Source: Terriglobia bacterium (GTDB lineage Bacteria; Acidobacteriota; Terriglobia; 20CM-2-55-15). From it: a DNA stretch of 64,000 bases. The number at the start of each line of letters is the position of its first letter. The first letter of the stretch is position 1. The notes under the pieces were generated by a model that made no database searches, was not told where the DNA came from, and saw only the letters and a program-made list of their open reading frames with translations. The stretch spans positions 128,001 through 192,000 of the forward strand of contig CAXWPJ010000006.1 of NCBI GenBank assembly GCA_963664115.2. The letters are read 5' to 3'. Both the position numbers and the translations under genes were made by a program. Of this stretch, positions 61,237 to 64,000 are shown piece after piece.

Positions 61237-61342
61237 AGATTTCGCTCGGTCGTTGATGCGGTTCTTTAAACAAACCCGCAGCGTTCCTCGCTGCGGGTGG
61301 ACAACGAGGCGGTCGCCGAGGCGTCAGAGTAAATAGGATGAT
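61237..61342 (-). repeat. Structured dispersed element, copy A (internally deleted)
   Basis: Shares AGATTTCGCTCGGTCGTT and the ~85-nt block ending GGCGTCAGAGTAA(A)TAGGATGAT with copy B. Confidence 0.85.
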
Positions 61343-61425
61343 CGGATGGGAAGAGAACAGCGTTGTGAAGCACCGATCTTCTCACCGACGGCTCTAACGA
61401 CCCGTCAACCGTTCCAAGAAACAAC

Positions 61426-62472
61426 ATGGCTAAGGCTAGGGACAATATCGGTGTCGGCGTTCTCGGTGCCTCAGGATACATAGGTGCGGAGTTGATGCGC
61501 TATGTTGCGCTGCATCCTCGTCTGTCGCTTCGATGGGCAACGGCCAACCGGGACGCGGGTCGGCCCGTTGGCGACGTGTTTCCGAACCTCCAGGGCTTCG
61601 TGAATCAAAGTTTTCTTAAGGCGGAAGAGGTCGAGACCCGGTTTGGCGAAGTCGCAGCCGTATTCCTGGCTCTCCCGCACCATGAATCCCAGGAAGTCTT
61701 ACCTTCACTGGTAGATGCTTATCCGGAAACGGTTTTCATCGATCTTGCAGGAGATTTCCGGACTCCCGATGCTGAAGGTTATCGCCGCTATTACGGACGT
61801 GATCATCAGGCTCCTGAATTGTTGGAGCGTTTTGTCTATGGCTTTACCGAGGTTCAGCGCAAAGCGCTGGCGGGTGCGCGCCTGATCGCCAATCCGGGTT
61901 GTTTCGCAACTGGAATGCTTCTGCTCTTGTATCCCCTGGCCCAAAGCGGTCTCTTGTCGGAACCCGTGTGTCTGACCGGTATCACGGGATCTTCCGGTTC
62001 CGGGCGTCAAGCTATCACGACGACCCATCACCCGGAACGTGCGCAGAACGTCCGGGCTTACAGGTCGCTGGTGCACCAGCATCTACTGGAAGTCGAGTGG
62101 TTTCTCAACAGAGGTTCCGGACCGGACATCCGACTCCAGTTCGTGTCACAGTCGGCCCCGATCGTGCGTGGAATATTCACAACACTGTTTCTGCCAGCTC
62201 AGGAAGCCGCTGCGGTACGCGAGGTGTATGAGGGGTTTTACGGCGCCGAGGCCCTCATCGACGTCGTTGAGGGGTCGCCCGATCTAAGGTCCGTACAGAC
62301 GACGCCCCGGTCTGTCGTCGGAGTCGATGGCGCAGCCGGGAGAGGTGCAGTTGTCTTCTCGACGATCGACAACCTGGGCAAGGGTGCGGCCGGCCAGGCT
62401 ATACAGAATCTCAACTGCGCACTCGGGCTTGGCGAAACGGAGGGTTTGGATTGGCCAGGAGGTTTTGTTTGA
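61426..62472 (+). CDS. argC: N-acetyl-gamma-glutamyl-phosphate reductase
   Basis: GASGYIGAEL, IANPGCFAT, IDNLGKGAAGQAIQNLN. Confidence 0.96.
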   Translation: MAKARDNIGVGVLGASGYIGAELMRYVALHPRLSLRWATANRDAGRPVGDVFPNLQGFVNQSFLKAEEVETRFGEVAAVFLALPHHESQEVLPSLVDAYPETVFIDLAGDFRTPDAEGYRRYYGRDHQAPELLERFVYGFTEVQRKALAGARLIANPGCFATGMLLLLYPLAQSGLLSEPVCLTGITGSSGSGRQAITTTHHPERAQNVRAYRSLVHQHLLEVEWFLNRGSGPDIRLQFVSQSAPIVRGIFTTLFLPAQEAAAVREVYEGFYGAEALIDVVEGSPDLRSVQTTPRSVVGVDGAAGRGAVVFSTIDNLGKGAAGQAIQNLNCALGLGETEGLDWPGGFV

Positions 62473-63647
62473 AGAACGCGCAGTCCATCCCCCAATTGGA
62501 AGACGCCTATACCTTGCCGGTCTATAGCAACATACGCTTGCCCTTGACGATCGTGAAAGGCAAGGGCAACTGCGTCTACGATGACGATGGAAACGAATAT
62601 CTCGATTTGTATGGCGGACACGCGGTCTGCAGCATCGGTCACTCGCATCCAGACTGGGTTCACGACATGCAGCGACAGATTGAGACGCTGACGTTCTATT
62701 CCAACGCAGTGTACAACCCGGTGCGTGCTGAGGCTGCGGAGGTGCTGGTCACACACAGCTACCCGTCCATGCACTCGGTCTTTTTCTGTAATTCGGGTGC
62801 CGAGGCTAACGAGACGGCGATGAAGATTGCACGGAAGGCAACCGGCCGCGGGCTAGTCGTGTCAATGCAGCGTGGGTTCCACGGCAGAACGATCGGGGCA
62901 CTGAGCGCGACGGGCTTCCCGGCGATGCGTGAGCGTTTTCCGGAAAATATCGAAGCCTGGAGTCGGTTCTTCGAGTTTGGCTCGGCGGACATTTTCGATA
63001 TGGAAGATCCCGACGAGGTCTCAGCGATTATTGTAGAGCCCATTCAGAGTGTGGCCGGAGTGTACATGGCGGAGCCGGACTACTACCGGCGATTGAGAGA
63101 GTTCTCGAGCGACCATGGGATCTGCCTCATTTTCGATGAGGTGCAGACTGGATCGGGACGAACAGGCGCGTGGTATGCAGGCACGCACTGGGGCGTGGAG
63201 CCAGACATCGTCACCACAGCCAAAGGTGTTGCAGGTGGCATGCCGGCCGGCGTTGTCATCGCAAATGAGTTTGTGGCCGGGACCGTCGAGCCCGGTGATC
63301 AGGCGACTACGTTCGGAGGCAATCCACTGGCGGCGGCGGCGATATGTGCGACGTACCGGGTAATCGAGAAAGGCAAACTTGTCGATCGGGTCCGGGACCA
63401 TTCGTCCCAGGTCATTTCGCGACTGCTGGAGCTCGAGGCTGTCCGTGAGGTCCGGGGCTTGGGATATTTGCTCGGTGTCGAGTGTTCCGTGTCTGCGAAA
63501 GAGCTGTCGGGCCGTTTGCTCAAGGAGCGGATTCTGGTGGGCACGTGCGCCCAGGGGGAAACCATCCGCTTGCTGCCTCCGTTGACCATGAACATGGATG
63601 AATGGGAACACTTTCTGGAAGTATTTGGGAAGGTGGTTAAGGGTTGA
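62469..63647 (+). CDS. argD: Acetylornithine aminotransferase
   Basis: TTG start after AGGAGG; FFCNSGAEANE, FHGRT, FDEVQTG, AKGVAGG, TTFGGNPLA. Confidence 0.9.
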   Translation: MKNAQSIPQLEDAYTLPVYSNIRLPLTIVKGKGNCVYDDDGNEYLDLYGGHAVCSIGHSHPDWVHDMQRQIETLTFYSNAVYNPVRAEAAEVLVTHSYPSMHSVFFCNSGAEANETAMKIARKATGRGLVVSMQRGFHGRTIGALSATGFPAMRERFPENIEAWSRFFEFGSADIFDMEDPDEVSAIIVEPIQSVAGVYMAEPDYYRRLREFSSDHGICLIFDEVQTGSGRTGAWYAGTHWGVEPDIVTTAKGVAGGMPAGVVIANEFVAGTVEPGDQATTFGGNPLAAAAICATYRVIEKGKLVDRVRDHSSQVISRLLELEAVREVRGLGYLLGVECSVSAKELSGRLLKERILVGTCAQGETIRLLPPLTMNMDEWEHFLEVFGKVVKG

Positions 63648-63729
63648 GAGGGAGTTAGTAGTTGTGAGTACCGATTCTCAGCTCATGACCTTGCCCTCTA
63701 ACTGGTGCCCTTGGGTGAAACATCGCGAC

Positions 63730-63939
63730 AGAAGATTTCGCTCGGTCGTTCAACCGGCCGACCATCTCTGTCGCGATTCACGCGTGGGCCGAACGAGGGG
63801 CGACCCTCACCATCATCCTGATGGCGAGGCTTATTGGGGACAAAGAAACGTTGATGCAGTTCCCCAACAAAACCCGCAGCGTTCCTCGCTGCGAATGGAC
63901 AACGAGGCGGTAGCCGAGGCGTCAGAGTAATAGGATGAT
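63730..63939 (-). repeat. Structured dispersed element, copy B (longest)
   Basis: Homologous to copies A and C; several nested hairpins. Confidence 0.85.
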
Positions 63940-64000
63940 TTGTTCGGATCCGAACGAAACTTTGAATCAACGAACTTCTAATCCAACTATCTAGCAACTT

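Noticed and set aside
61270-61425. T-box riboswitch upstream of argC (GGGTGGACAACG resembles the T-box motif)
   Set aside because: No stem I/specifier or terminator-antiterminator. The GGG is altered in copy B, copy C lies downstream of argR, and G-U bias favours the opposite strand.
1-64000. CRISPR array, rRNA or complete tRNA genes
   Set aside because: No regularly spaced repeats or full cloverleafs seen; only the tRNA 3' fragment at 13401

Overview
GC-rich bacterial window; the gene repertoire (eukaryote-like Ser/Thr kinase, DUF6152/DUF5916-type secreted proteins) suggests Acidobacteriota, which is an inference. The left 13 kb looks accessory. It holds a Tct transporter locus interrupted by an intact 3.1-kb IS1-family element (21-bp TIRs, 8-bp TSD) that carries a small basic protein and an unknown ORF + XRE-HTH/Zn-peptidase pair (RosmerTA-like). 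It also holds two cupins, a truncated kinase and secreted paralogs, and ends at a tRNA-Val 3' fragment that may be an island att scar. The middle has recQ, a partly duplicated AKR/GAF-HD-GYP locus, glnA, pilB, an unusual Cus-type copper efflux operon, larA-DASS-ridA and gdhA. The right part has a structured MITE, two IS701 copies bracketing desaturase/MoxR cargo, and an argR / argB-H-G-(DUF1611-like)-C-D cluster. The most striking unexplained signal is a non-coding element present three times around the arg cluster (two copies of about 190-210 nt, one shortened to about 105 nt). It has a conserved multi-stem fold, compensatory changes and G-U bias pointing to the strand antisense to the arg genes. 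All calls were made by eye, without database searches.
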